Shown one piece after another: positions 54,940 to 64,000 of a DNA stretch of 64,000 nt (position 1 is the stretch's first letter; each line of letters starts with the position of its first letter). This stretch comes from Oscillatoria sp. SIO1A7 (GTDB lineage Bacteria; Cyanobacteriota; Cyanobacteriia; Cyanobacteriales; Laspinemataceae). Below the pieces are notes generated by a model. It was not told where the DNA came from, searched no databases, and was given only the letters and a program-made list of their open reading frames with translations. The stretch covers positions 1-64,000 of the forward strand of contig JAAHFN010000034.1 in assembly GCA_010672965.1 (NCBI GenBank). The letters are read 5' to 3'. Position numbers and translations under genes: made by a program.

Positions 54940-57900
54940 ATGGAAGTAAAAACATACAGACAAGAAGAAAGCGCTAGATCCTTAGCGCCGTCGGAAGTAC
55001 CGTCCGACCTAATGTTGCAGCATCGCCTGAAAATAGTAGAGAATATCTGGGAGGATGCCCTCAGGCAGGAGTGCGGTCAGGAACTGCTGGAGCTGCTACA
55101 GCAATTGCGCTCTATGCGAAGTCCTGAAGGACAAGCCCCGAACTTGTCTGTAAAGTCAGAATTAGTTAACTTGGTCGAAGGGTTGGAATTAAACGATGCT
55201 ATCCGAGCCGTCCGTGCCTTCGCCCTTTACTTTCAGCTCATCAACATTGTCGAGCAGCACTACGAGCAGCGGGCTCAATTGACGTACCGCCGCGACGATC
55301 GCACAAAAACTGCTAGCTCGGAATCGGTTTTTGTATCTAACGGGTTTAAAGGAAATAGCGATAGCCAAGAACTAGGGAGTTTCCAAAACCTATTTCCTAA
55401 GCTGCGATCGCTCAACGTACCGCCAGCTCAAATCCAAAATCTACTCGATAGTCTGGAAATACGGCTGGTTTTGACAGCGCACCCAACGGAAATAGTCCGC
55501 CAAACCCTGCGCAGCAAGCAGCGACGCATAGCCAAAATATTGCAAAAATTTGACGACAATGCCGAAGCGCTCGTTAGCTCGGGAGAGATTGAAACGAATA
55601 ACTCCAACTTAATAGAGGAGCTGACGGAAGAGATACGGCTTTGGTGGCGTACCGACGAACTGCATCAATTCAAACCCAGCGTACTAGATGAAGTCGATTA
55701 CGCCCTGCACTACTTCAAAGAGGTGCTGTTCGACACGGTGCCCCAACTGCACCAGCGTCTCAAACAGGACTTGCAAAACACATTCCCCTACTTGCAGCCA
55801 CCTCGTTACGACTTCTGTAGGTTTGGCTCTTGGGTGGGAGCAGACCGAGATGGCAATCCTTCTTGCACCCCCTTAACCACCTGGAAAACCGCCTGCTATC
55901 AGCGGCAACTGGTACTAGAAAAATACATTCAGTCGGTAAAACAGGTTCAGGAGCGCCTGAGTCTTTCCCTGCATTGGAGCGACGTATTGCCGGAATTGCT
56001 CGAATCCCTCGAACAAGACCGTTTGGCCATGCCAGAAATATACGACGCCCTGGCCATTCGTTACCGGCAAGAACCCTATAGGTTAAAGCTGGCCTACGTC
56101 GTCAAGCGACTGGAAAATACTCTCGATCGCAACTTCCGCCTGTACCGAGAAGAAGAAAGCCTCGTGGTACTGGAAAAAACAAAGACCGAATCTATTTACA
56201 GCTCCGGTCGGGAATTTATGGCCGAGTTGCTCCTGATTCAACGCAACCTCGCTGAAACAGGTCTAAACTGCGGCAGCCTGGAAACTCTAATTGCTCAAGT
56301 AGAAATTTATGGTTTCTATTTAACAGAGTTAGACGTTCGCCAGGAGTCGTCGCGCCACTCGGATGCTATAGATGAAATCGCCTCCTACTTGCAAGTCTTG
56401 CCAAAGTCTTACAAAGATATGGCGATCGCAGAACGAACTGCGTGGCTGACCGGAGAATTGCAAACCCGGCGGCCGCTCGTACCAGGGGAGTTGCCTTTTT
56501 CCGAGAAGACCTGCGAAACGATTGAAACATTCAAAACTTTGCGGCGAGTGCAGCGGGAGTTTGGCCAAGAAATCTGCCGCACTTACATTATCAGCATGAG
56601 CCATGAGGTCAGCGACTTATTGGAAGTTCTGCTCCTGGCTAAAGAAGCGGGACTCTACGACCCGGCTACCGGCTCTGGGACCATCGCAGTTGTGCCTCTA
56701 TTTGAAACAGTAGAGGATTTGAAGCGAGCCCCATCAGTAATGCAGCACTTATTCGAGCTGCCCCTATATCGCGCCCTCCTCGCAGGGGGTTACGCGGCAC
56801 TAGACCAAGAGAATTCTAGCGGCGCTGACAATACCTCCCCCCGGACATCGGCACCATCTCTCCAGGAAGTCATGCTTGGTTATTCCGATAGCAACAAAGA
56901 TTCGGGATTCCTCAGCAGCAATTGGGAAATTCATAAAGCTCAGAAAGCCCTGCAAAAAGTAGCCGAACCGTTTGGTGTTGCTTTGCGCATTTTCCACGGA
57001 CGCGGCGGTTCCGTAGGTCGCGGCGGCGGCCCCGCTCACGAAGCTATTATGGCGCAACCCAATCGCACCATCAAGGGGCGGATTAAGATAACCGAACAAG
57101 GGGAAGTCTTGGCCAGTAAATATACTCTGCCAGAGTTGGCGCTCTACAACTTAGAGAACGTGGCCACTGCTACCATTAAGGCCAGCTTATTGGGGACTGG
57201 GTTTGACGACATCGAGGCGTGGAATGAAATTATGGAGGAGCTGGCCACGCGATCGCGCCAACATTACCGCGCCCTAATTTACGAACAGCCAGACCTAATC
57301 GACTTTTTCCACGAAGTCACCCCCATCCAAGAAATCAGCCAACTGCAAATATCTTCCCGTCCGGCTCGTCGTTCCAGCGGCAAAAAAGACATCGGCGGCT
57401 TGCGGGCTATTCCTTGGGTCTTTAGTTGGACTCAAACCCGCTTCCTATTACCCGCCTGGTATGGGGTGGGTACTGCCCTGCAAGACTTCTTGAGCCAGGA
57501 ACCGGAGCAACATCTCAAGCTGCTGCGCTACTTCTATCTGAAATGGCCGTTCTTCAAGATGGTTATTTCTAAAGTAGAGATGACTCTATCTAAAGTGGAT
57601 ATGGAGGTTGCCCACCACTACGTCCGCGAACTAGGCAGCGCCGAACGACTTGAAAAGTTTGAGGCTTTGTTCGAGACAATATTTAGCGAATACGAGCTGA
57701 CCCGCAACTTAATTTTGGAGATTTCCGAACAGTCGCGGCTTTTGGATGGCAACCCAACTTTGCAGCGCTCGGTGCAGTTGCGCAACGGTTCTATCGTGCC
57801 CCTTAGTTTGTTGCAAGTTTCTCTGCTCAAACGGCTGCGCCAGCACCAAAATCAAGCCTCCTCCGGGGTGATTCACTCTCGTTATAGTAAGGGCGAATTG

Positions 57901-57960
57901 CTGCGCGGTGCCTTATTGACCCTCAATGGTATTGCTGCTGGTATGCGTAATACTGGATAA
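54940..57960 (+). CDS. ppc: Phosphoenolpyruvate carboxylase
   Basis: [13 protein letters not shown] signature; [14 protein letters not shown]; C-terminal ...MRNTG; 1006 aa. Confidence 0.9.
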   Translation: MEVKTYRQEESARSLAPSEVPSDLMLQHRLKIVENIWEDALRQECGQELLELLQQLRSMRSPEGQAPNLSVKSELVNLVEGLELNDAIRAVRAFALYFQLINIVEQHYEQRAQLTYRRDDRTKTASSESVFVSNGFKGNSDSQELGSFQNLFPKLRSLNVPPAQIQNLLDSLEIRLVLTAHPTEIVRQTLRSKQRRIAKILQKFDDNAEALVSSGEIETNNSNLIEELTEEIRLWWRTDELHQFKPSVLDEVDYALHYFKEVLFDTVPQLHQRLKQDLQNTFPYLQPPRYDFCRFGSWVGADRDGNPSCTPLTTWKTACYQRQLVLEKYIQSVKQVQERLSLSLHWSDVLPELLESLEQDRLAMPEIYDALAIRYRQEPYRLKLAYVVKRLENTLDRNFRLYREEESLVVLEKTKTESIYSSGREFMAELLLIQRNLAETGLNCGSLETLIAQVEIYGFYLTELDVRQESSRHSDAIDEIASYLQVLPKSYKDMAIAERTAWLTGELQTRRPLVPGELPFSEKTCETIETFKTLRRVQREFGQEICRTYIISMSHEVSDLLEVLLLAKEAGLYDPATGSGTIAVVPLFETVEDLKRAPSVMQHLFELPLYRALLAGGYAALDQENSSGADNTSPRTSAPSLQEVMLGYSDSNKDSGFLSSNWEIHKAQKALQKVAEPFGVALRIFHGRGGSVGRGGGPAHEAIMAQPNRTIKGRIKITEQGEVLASKYTLPELALYNLENVATATIKASLLGTGFDDIEAWNEIMEELATRSRQHYRALIYEQPDLIDFFHEVTPIQEISQLQISSRPARRSSGKKDIGGLRAIPWVFSWTQTRFLLPAWYGVGTALQDFLSQEPEQHLKLLRYFYLKWPFFKMVISKVEMTLSKVDMEVAHHYVRELGSAERLEKFEALFETIFSEYELTRNLILEISEQSRLLDGNPTLQRSVQLRNGSIVPLSLLQVSLLKRLRQHQNQASSGVIHSRYSKGELLRGALLTLNGIAAGMRNTG

Positions 57961-58078
57961 GTGAAAAGTGAATAGTGAATAGTGAATAGTGAATAGTGAA
58001 TAGTTAAGAGTTAAGAGTTAAGAGTTGAAAAAACTAATTATCCAACTTTTCACTTTTCACTTTTCACTTTTCACTTCT
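57961..58078. terminator. STRR-based long inverted repeat (GTGAAAAGTGAATAGTGAAT... / ...TTTCACTTTTCAC) immediately after the ppc stop
   Basis: AGTGAAT and AGTTAAG heptamer tracts followed by their reverse complement TTTCACT tracts. Confidence 0.45.
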
Positions 58079-58102
58079 CCTAACCCACACCCTAACTAAT
58101 CT

Positions 58103-58585
58103 ATGAAACGATTTACTACTTGTACGATCGCAGCTTTTGTATCTGGATTGCTTGGGGGCTATCTGGGGGCTCAAATTAGCGTTTTGGCTCATGTTGCTAA
58201 TTGCCAAAATAAACCCTCCGCAACCGCTGCTCTATGCCAAGTTGGGGGTTTCGGTGCTTCTCTATGGCAAGGAACTGTTGCGGGTCTATGGACGGGCAAT
58301 ATTTTAGGAGCCTTTTTTGCCGGTACGTTTCTTTCCAGACAACAATCCAGACAAAAATATAGATTGCAACCAGGATTTGGCTCTGAGGTTTCCGAAGAGC
58401 AAGAGCCAAGAATATCCTTTACCCAGTTGCAATCTATCGTCGAAGATGCGGGACTGTCTTTTGGCGAACTAACTATAACCCACTCCGATGCTGTTGCCTT
58501 GTTGCGTTCCCTCGGATTAAATCAAGAAGCAATAGACGCTGTTTTGCATAAATTTGAATTACCGCAGCAGTTAGAGGAGTCATAA
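58103..58585 (+). CDS. hypothetical membrane protein
   Basis: Hydrophobic N-terminal two-thirds; no motif. Confidence 0.45.
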   Translation: MKRFTTCTIAAFVSGLLGGYLGAQISVLAHVANCQNKPSATAALCQVGGFGASLWQGTVAGLWTGNILGAFFAGTFLSRQQSRQKYRLQPGFGSEVSEEQEPRISFTQLQSIVEDAGLSFGELTITHSDAVALLRSLGLNQEAIDAVLHKFELPQQLEES

Positions 58586-58633
58586 AAAAAGATTATTTTC
58601 CAACTGCGCGGCGCTCGATTGGGCACAGATAAA

Positions 58634-59941
58634 TTAATCGTCAATGTTTCTTTTAGTTCTGACTTGCACTGAGAAGGCGTGGGAATGCAATCCTTCAGAA
58701 TTGGCAAGAACCTCAATAGAGCTAGAGACCTTATGGAGGGCAAGAGAAGAATATTGAATTAGGCTGGAACTTTTGAGAAAAGTTTCCACCCCCAAGGCCG
58801 AAGCATAACGGGCAGCACCAGAGGTAGGCAGGGTATGGTTAGGGCCGGCTAAATAGTCTCCTACTGCTTCGGGAGTGGAATTGCCGAGGAATATAGCTCC
58901 GGCGTGGCGAATCTTCTCTAGCAAATCCCAGGGTTCTGCAACCTGTAGCTCTAGGTGTTCTGGGGCAAATTGATTGGACAGTTCGGCGGCATCTTCTAGG
59001 GAATCGACTACGATCGCTATTCCATAGTGAGCGATCGCCTTTTCTACCAGAGTGCGCCGAGGGTGGTTTTCCAACTGCTTTTCTACCTCGGCGACCACAT
59101 TATGAGCCAGAGTGGCATCGGTGGTAATAAGGATAGCCGAAGCCATTGAATCATGTTCTGCCTGAGCCAACATATCTGCAGCTAGGTGGGTTGGGTTAGC
59201 CCCGCCGTCCGCAATAATCAACACTTCCGATGGGCCAGCTAGAGAATCTATTCCCACCGTACCTACCACTAACTTTTTCGCTAGGGTCACATAGATATTC
59301 CCCGGGCCGGTAATTACATGGGTTGGTGCCACCGTTTCCGTGCCATAAGCAAGAGCGGCGATCGCTTGTGCCCCACCCACTCTATATATTTCCTCGATTC
59401 CCGATTCCTGCGCTGCCACCAACACCGCTGGGGATATTGCCCCTCCTGGACCCGGCGGGGTCATCATGGCAATTCTCGGCACCCCAGCCACCTTAGCCGG
59501 GATTGCATTCATCAAAACGGTACTCGGATAGGCAGCTAGCCCCCCTGGTACATAAATACCTGCACTATCTACAGGGGTATAGCGCTTGCCTAAAACCACC
59601 TCATCGTCCCCAAATTGAACCCATGATTTGGGAATGCGCTGCCGGTGAAAAGCTTCAATATTGTTGCGCGCTAGGCGTATGGCATCCAGTAATTCTCTAT
59701 CAACCTGCTGATAAGCAGCATCCATTTGGGACCCTGTAACTCGGAGTTCTTCCGCCTTGAGGGTAAGCCCGTCAAATTCAGCCGTATAGTTTAGGAGAGC
59801 CCGGTCTCCTTGGCGCTTCACTGCCTGGAGAACTTGCCGCACCGTTGCCTCCTTATGGAGCGCTTGGTCGTCGTTAGTGCGCTCGCAGATACGGTCCAGT
59901 TCGGAACGTGCCTCAGTCGGATCGGTAATGATTCGCAGCAT
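58634..59941 (-). CDS. hisD: Histidinol dehydrogenase
   Basis: 435 aa; HisD NAD-binding and zinc-binding region motifs. Confidence 0.9.
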   Translation of the reverse strand: MLRIITDPTEARSELDRICERTNDDQALHKEATVRQVLQAVKRQGDRALLNYTAEFDGLTLKAEELRVTGSQMDAAYQQVDRELLDAIRLARNNIEAFHRQRIPKSWVQFGDDEVVLGKRYTPVDSAGIYVPGGLAAYPSTVLMNAIPAKVAGVPRIAMMTPPGPGGAISPAVLVAAQESGIEEIYRVGGAQAIAALAYGTETVAPTHVITGPGNIYVTLAKKLVVGTVGIDSLAGPSEVLIIADGGANPTHLAADMLAQAEHDSMASAILITTDATLAHNVVAEVEKQLENHPRRTLVEKAIAHYGIAIVVDSLEDAAELSNQFAPEHLELQVAEPWDLLEKIRHAGAIFLGNSTPEAVGDYLAGPNHTLPTSGAARYASALGVETFLKSSSLIQYSSLALHKVSSSIEVLANSEGLHSHAFSVQVRTKRNIDD

Positions 59942-60249
59942 GGAGTTCGGAGTTGCTAAAAGGAGTTGCCCGTGGAAGAACGAGGAAAGCTGTTGGGACG
60001 TGCTTACAGCTCCTTTGACCTCGCGTCCGCTTCTTCTAGCTTAACGTGGATTTTTCTTCTCGGGGGGGTGCATTTCAATTTTGTAATGGGATAGGAAAGC
60101 GATGTGGCTAGAGGTCCTTATAAGGGGACAAGGGGACAAGGGGCAGGGGGCAGGGGGCAGGGGGCTTGCAGAGGGCTTGGGGACAAGGGGACAAGGGGAC
60201 AAGGGGACAATGTTAGGGGCCATTAAATGGTCCGCTTTTTAGATTTGGC

Positions 60250-60560
60250 GTAGGGGCGACAGCATTCCCGAAACAGTCTTTGCTCATAGAGAAAACTTTG
60301 TACTGGAATGCTTCGCCCTAGAAACCCATGCAGCCGACTGATTGCCCTCTGGGGGATAGGACTCAGGAGGAGCAGCGGGGAGCAGTAGATCTCCCAAGCC
60401 CCCTGCCCCCAAGCCCCCCTGCTTTCCTCGGGGTATGTTTTTTATAATTTCCCTTTTTGGAGTTGCCGGCAAGCGGCATAAATGTCTGGGGCGAAGCATT
60501 CCAATACAATAATTTCCTTTAAGAAAAAAGTCTGTCTCGGGAATGCTATCGCCCCTACGC
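60250..60560. repeat. Inverted pair of MITE family A 79-bp core units (60250-60326 forward, 60485-60560 reverse) around a G/C-rich spacer
   Basis: GTAGGGGCGACAGCATTCCCGAAACAG...GGAATGCTTCGCCCTAGAAACC and its reverse complement. Confidence 0.7.
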
Positions 60561-60741
60561 CCTCAAGGGTACCCCTCAAAAATGCCAAATCTAAAAAACA
60601 TACCCTTGCTCCCAAGCCCCCTGCCCAATGCCCGATGCCCAATGCCCGATGCCCAATGACCAATGTCGGGCTCTTGTGCTATATTGAAAGATATGCTATT
60701 ATTAACGGTTGCCGTTCAAAAACCGCAAATATTCCCAATAT

Positions 60742-61047
60742 ATGGCCAACATTAAGTCTGCCCTCAAGCGGATCCAAATCACAGAGCGCAATCGCCTGCG
60801 CAATAGCTCCTATAAGTCCGCTGTCAAGACCCTGATGAAAAAATGTTTCAGCGCGATCGCTACTTATGGCAGCAACCCCACTCCCGAGCTGCTTGAAGAG
60901 GTAAATAAGTCGATGAGTGCAGCTTACAGCAAAATCGATAAAGCAGTTAAGCGCAAGGTTTTACACAAAAACAATGGGTCTCGCAAGAAATCTCGACTGG
61001 CCAGAGCCCTCAAAAAAGTCCAACAGCCTTCTGAGGCAGCTTCATAA
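60742..61047 (+). CDS. rpsT: 30S ribosomal protein S20
   Basis: [21 protein letters not shown]... is the typical S20 N-terminus; 101 aa. Confidence 0.9.
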   Translation: MANIKSALKRIQITERNRLRNSSYKSAVKTLMKKCFSAIATYGSNPTPELLEEVNKSMSAAYSKIDKAVKRKVLHKNNGSRKKSRLARALKKVQQPSEAAS

Positions 61048-61057
61048 CGCGGGGCAG

Positions 61058-61166
61058 AGTGAAAAGTGAAAAACGAACAGTGAAAAGTAAAAAGCCGATA
61101 GTCAATATTAGATAGTCAATAGTAAGAAAAGCAACTTTTCACTGTTCGTTTTTCACTTTTCACTAT
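61058..61166. terminator. Perfect 30-bp inverted repeat (AGTGAAAAGTGAAAAACGAACAGTGAAAAG / CTTTTCACTGTTCGTTTTTCACTTTTCACT) after rpsT
   Basis: Read directly; arms at 61058-61088 and 61136-61166. Confidence 0.5.
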
Positions 61167-61216
61167 TTGTGGGTCCTATAGAGAACTGCCAACCAAATAA
61201 GGATCTAAGGGGAAAA

Positions 61217-62023
61217 ATGCAAGGAGAAGGAATCCAGCTAATAGATACCCACGTTCATATTAATTTTGATGCATTCGCCCCGGAAATAGAAGAAGTAGCA
61301 AACCGCTGGCGATCGGCGGGGGTAGTGCGATTGGTGCATTCCTGCGTGACTCCAGACGAATTTGACTCGACTCGGGCATTAGCCGATCGCTTCCTTGAAC
61401 TGTCGTTTGCCGTGGGGTTGCATCCCCTAGACGCCGGGGAGTGGAAGCCCGATACTGCAAGCAAAATCGAGAAACTAGCAAGCTCGGATCCGCGAGTGGT
61501 GGCAATCGGAGAAACAGGACTAGACTTTTACAAAGCGGACAATAAAGAGCATCAAAAAATGGTCTTCCTCTCTCAAATCGCGATCGCCAGGAAGCAGGGA
61601 AAACCAGTGATTATTCATTGTAGGGATGCGGCGGATGAAATGGTCGAATTACTGCGATCGTCCTGGGAGGAATTTGGGCCGGTAGGAGGAGTAATGCACT
61701 GCTGGAGCGGAACTCCCGAACAAACAAGGTGGTTTTTGGATCTGGGATTCTATATTAGCTTTAGCGGTATCGTAACCTTTAAAAATGCCCATTCCGTTAG
61801 AGAATCCGCTAAAATAGTGCCGGAGGACCGCATATTAATAGAAACCGATTGTCCCTTTCTTGCCCCCGTTCCCAAACGCGGCAAACGCAACGAACCCGCT
61901 TATGTCCGATATGTTGCCGAACAAGTAGCTCTATTGCGAGAGATTCCCTTAGAAACCCTAGCCGCCCAAACAACCCAAAATGCTTGTAAACTTTTTGGAC
62001 TTTTAGGGGGTCGGGCAGAGTAG
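61217..62023 (+). CDS. tatD: TatD-family metal-dependent hydrolase or DNase
   Basis: [13 protein letters not shown]; GETGLDFY; VIIHCRDA; full TatD fold. Confidence 0.85.
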   Translation: MQGEGIQLIDTHVHINFDAFAPEIEEVANRWRSAGVVRLVHSCVTPDEFDSTRALADRFLELSFAVGLHPLDAGEWKPDTASKIEKLASSDPRVVAIGETGLDFYKADNKEHQKMVFLSQIAIARKQGKPVIIHCRDAADEMVELLRSSWEEFGPVGGVMHCWSGTPEQTRWFLDLGFYISFSGIVTFKNAHSVRESAKIVPEDRILIETDCPFLAPVPKRGKRNEPAYVRYVAEQVALLREIPLETLAAQTTQNACKLFGLLGGRAE

Positions 62024-63009
62024 AGAGTGGGCAGAGGGGGGAGTGTAGGGAGTGTGGGAGAGTTTTTTCCGGTTCCTCCCACCCCTCCCACCTCCCGAAG
62101 GCTGTTCCTCTCCCCCCTCTCTTCCCCGGGGCTCCAAAATTTATAAATAATCTCGCTATCTGTAGAGTAAACGTTTTAATTTGAATAATTTAGGAAAGTT
62201 TAAGACCTCAGAGGACAGGACTTACCCATAAACACCTTATATATAGTGGCAAGGCGACGGTTAAAATTGTGTGTAAATGTAGGGAAGGGTTGAACGGAGT
62301 GTTGGCTCCGCCAACTCGTGCGAGTAACCCAACTATACCAATCATTGCGCCCTTGTTTCACTCCGTTCAACCCAACCTACTTACCCATAAACACCTTATA
62401 TATATAGTGCTTTTAACGTACCCTACTTAGGGGTTGCTGAATAAATCTAAAAAGCCGGAGCGTGGGGGGTGTGGGAGGTGTGGGATGGGGATGGTGTGGT
62501 GTCTGCCGCGCCGCGAACCCAAGCTTTATATGTAGGGTGCCGCACCGCGTACCAAGCGTAAATAAACTGTTATATCTGGATCGATGCGCCTAAGTAATTA
62601 TTTTTAGAGCTTGTGAATTCACGATCGCGCCCATCGTTGCCAACCCATTCGATCTGTAAAACAGAGATCCAGCCAAGAGCGGTGGATTTCATCTCTTTTA
62701 AATTCGCAGATAGTTGAGGATTCCTATATAGAGCTTGCTGAATAAATCTAAAAAGCTCGGAGGGTGGGAGGTGTGGGAGGTGTGGGGGGATGGGGGCATG
62801 GGGAGTGGGAGAGCGAACCCTTGAAAATGGAGTAAATGGTTCGACCTGTTCCGTTACTCCCCACCCTCCCCACCCTCCCCCCTCTCCCCCGGGGGGTTGG
62901 GGTCAGCCCGGATCTCCGGAAAGGAAACAGAGCCAAAAGAAGAAAAGATCTTGTACCCTTTTTAGTGACAATAAGCACATTATTCGGGAGCGAAGAGCGA
63001 ATAAAGCCA

Positions 63010-64000
63010 ATGAATCAAAGCCACAATACAGCATTTACTTTACCCGATTTAGTCGAAATCCAGCGCTCCAGCTTTCGTTGGTTCCTAGAGCAGGGGCTAA
63101 TTGAAGAGTTAGAAAGCTTCTCGCCCATTAGCGACTACACCGGCAAGCTGGAGCTGCACTTCTTAGGGAAAAACTTTAGCCTGAAGCGGCCAAAGTACGA
63201 TGTAGATGAAGCCAAAAGGCGCGACGCAACCTATGCGGTACAAATGTATGTGCCCACTCGCCTAATCAACAAAGAAAAAGGCGAAATAAAAGAGATGGCA
63301 GTATTCATCGGGGACTTACCCCTGATGACAGACCGGGGCACCTTCATCATTAATGGTGCCGAGCGGGTGATAGTCAATCAAATCGTGCGATCGCCCGGGG
63401 TTTATTACAAATCGGAAATAGACAAGAACGGACGCCGCTGCTACAACGCCAGCCTCATACCGAACCGAGGGGCGTGGCTGAAGTTCGAGACGGACAAAAA
63501 CGATATGGTCTGGGTGCGCATAGACAAAACCCGCAAGCTCAGCGCCCATATACTGCTGAAGGCTCTCGGGTTGAGCGACAACGAAATATTCGATGCCCTG
63601 CGACACCCGGAGTATTACCAAAAGACCATCGAAAAGGAGGGACAGTACAGCGAAGAAGAAGCCCTGATGGAGCTATACAAAAAACTGCGTCCCGGGGAGC
63701 CGCCGACAGTATCCGGGGGGCAGCAGCTATTGGAATCGCGCTTCTTCGACAACAAGCGCTACGACCTGGGCAAGGTGGGCCGCTACAAGCTGAACAAAAA
63801 GCTGCGCCTAAACGTACCTCATACAACGCGGGTGCTGACTCCGGGGGATATATTGGCGGCGATCGACTACCTGATTAATCTGGAGTTCGATATGGGTCTC
63901 ACCGACGACATCGACCATTTGGGGAATCGTCGGGTGCGCAGTGTAGGGGAGCTGCTGCAAAACCAAGTACGGGTGGGGCTAAACCGTTTGGAGCGGATAA
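63010..64000 (+). CDS. rpoB: DNA-directed RNA polymerase subunit beta, N-terminal 330 aa (continues beyond the window)
   Basis: [51 protein letters not shown]...[28 protein letters not shown] is canonical RpoB. Confidence 0.92.
   Translation, partial: MNQSHNTAFTLPDLVEIQRSSFRWFLEQGLIEELESFSPISDYTGKLELHFLGKNFSLKRPKYDVDEAKRRDATYAVQMYVPTRLINKEKGEIKEMAVFIGDLPLMTDRGTFIINGAERVIVNQIVRSPGVYYKSEIDKNGRRCYNASLIPNRGAWLKFETDKNDMVWVRIDKTRKLSAHILLKALGLSDNEIFDALRHPEYYQKTIEKEGQYSEEEALMELYKKLRPGEPPTVSGGQQLLESRFFDNKRYDLGKVGRYKLNKKLRLNVPHTTRVLTPGDILAAIDYLINLEFDMGLTDDIDHLGNRRVRSVGELLQNQVRVGLNRLERI

Overview
This window is chromosomal DNA from a filamentous cyanobacterium. The sequence shows this directly: GCGATCGC (HIP1) is very abundant, STRR-type heptanucleotide tandem repeats (CCCAATG, GGGTGTA, AGTGAAT, CAGCGGT) sit in almost every intergenic spacer, and the core genes are cyanobacterial (psaC, PEP carboxylase, transketolase).

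Housekeeping genes I recognise: fur-family regulator, sseA-type sulfurtransferase, ispD, iscA-type scaffold, glmS, psaC, acpP, fabF, tkt, ppc, hisD, rpsT, tatD and the 5' end of rpoB.

Accessory content is interleaved with these:
- A full-length major vault protein (MVP) homologue, very similar to eukaryotic MVP along its whole length.
- A caspase(C14)-GUN4-domain protein with a tightly coupled small upstream partner ORF.
- A 1036-aa EAD1-NACHT-HEAT STAND NTPase, with an orphan HicB antitoxin gene at its 3' end and a MITE in its promoter.
- Four type II toxin-antitoxin loci built on PIN domains, three of them degenerate.
- Two tandem, diverged Uma2-family endonuclease genes. Their duplication unit also carries a copy of the neighbouring rhodanese gene's 5' end and truncates a LeuA/NifV-family gene.
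- IS remnants at the window start (ISAs1 and ISL3 C-terminal fragments).
- At least two MITE families: family A has TATAGCGTTTCTCAAAT inverted repeats around a GTAGGGGCGACAGCATCCC...GGGATGCTTCGCCCC hairpin core, and family B has AGGACTTACGCA inverted repeats.
- Several smaller dispersed palindromic repeat families, and a roughly 620-bp ATCCGCT-based minisatellite.

The most interesting leads are the bacterial vault protein, the small-ORF/caspase-GUN4 pair and the EAD1-NACHT-HEAT locus. None of the three has an obvious characterised bacterial function.

Four reading-frame disruptions should be confirmed before any of those genes is called a pseudogene. Two are A-homopolymer indels (LeuA-like, vapC); the lactonase frameshift and the in-frame TAA in a PIN gene are not in homopolymer runs. 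No rRNA, tRNA or CRISPR array was found.
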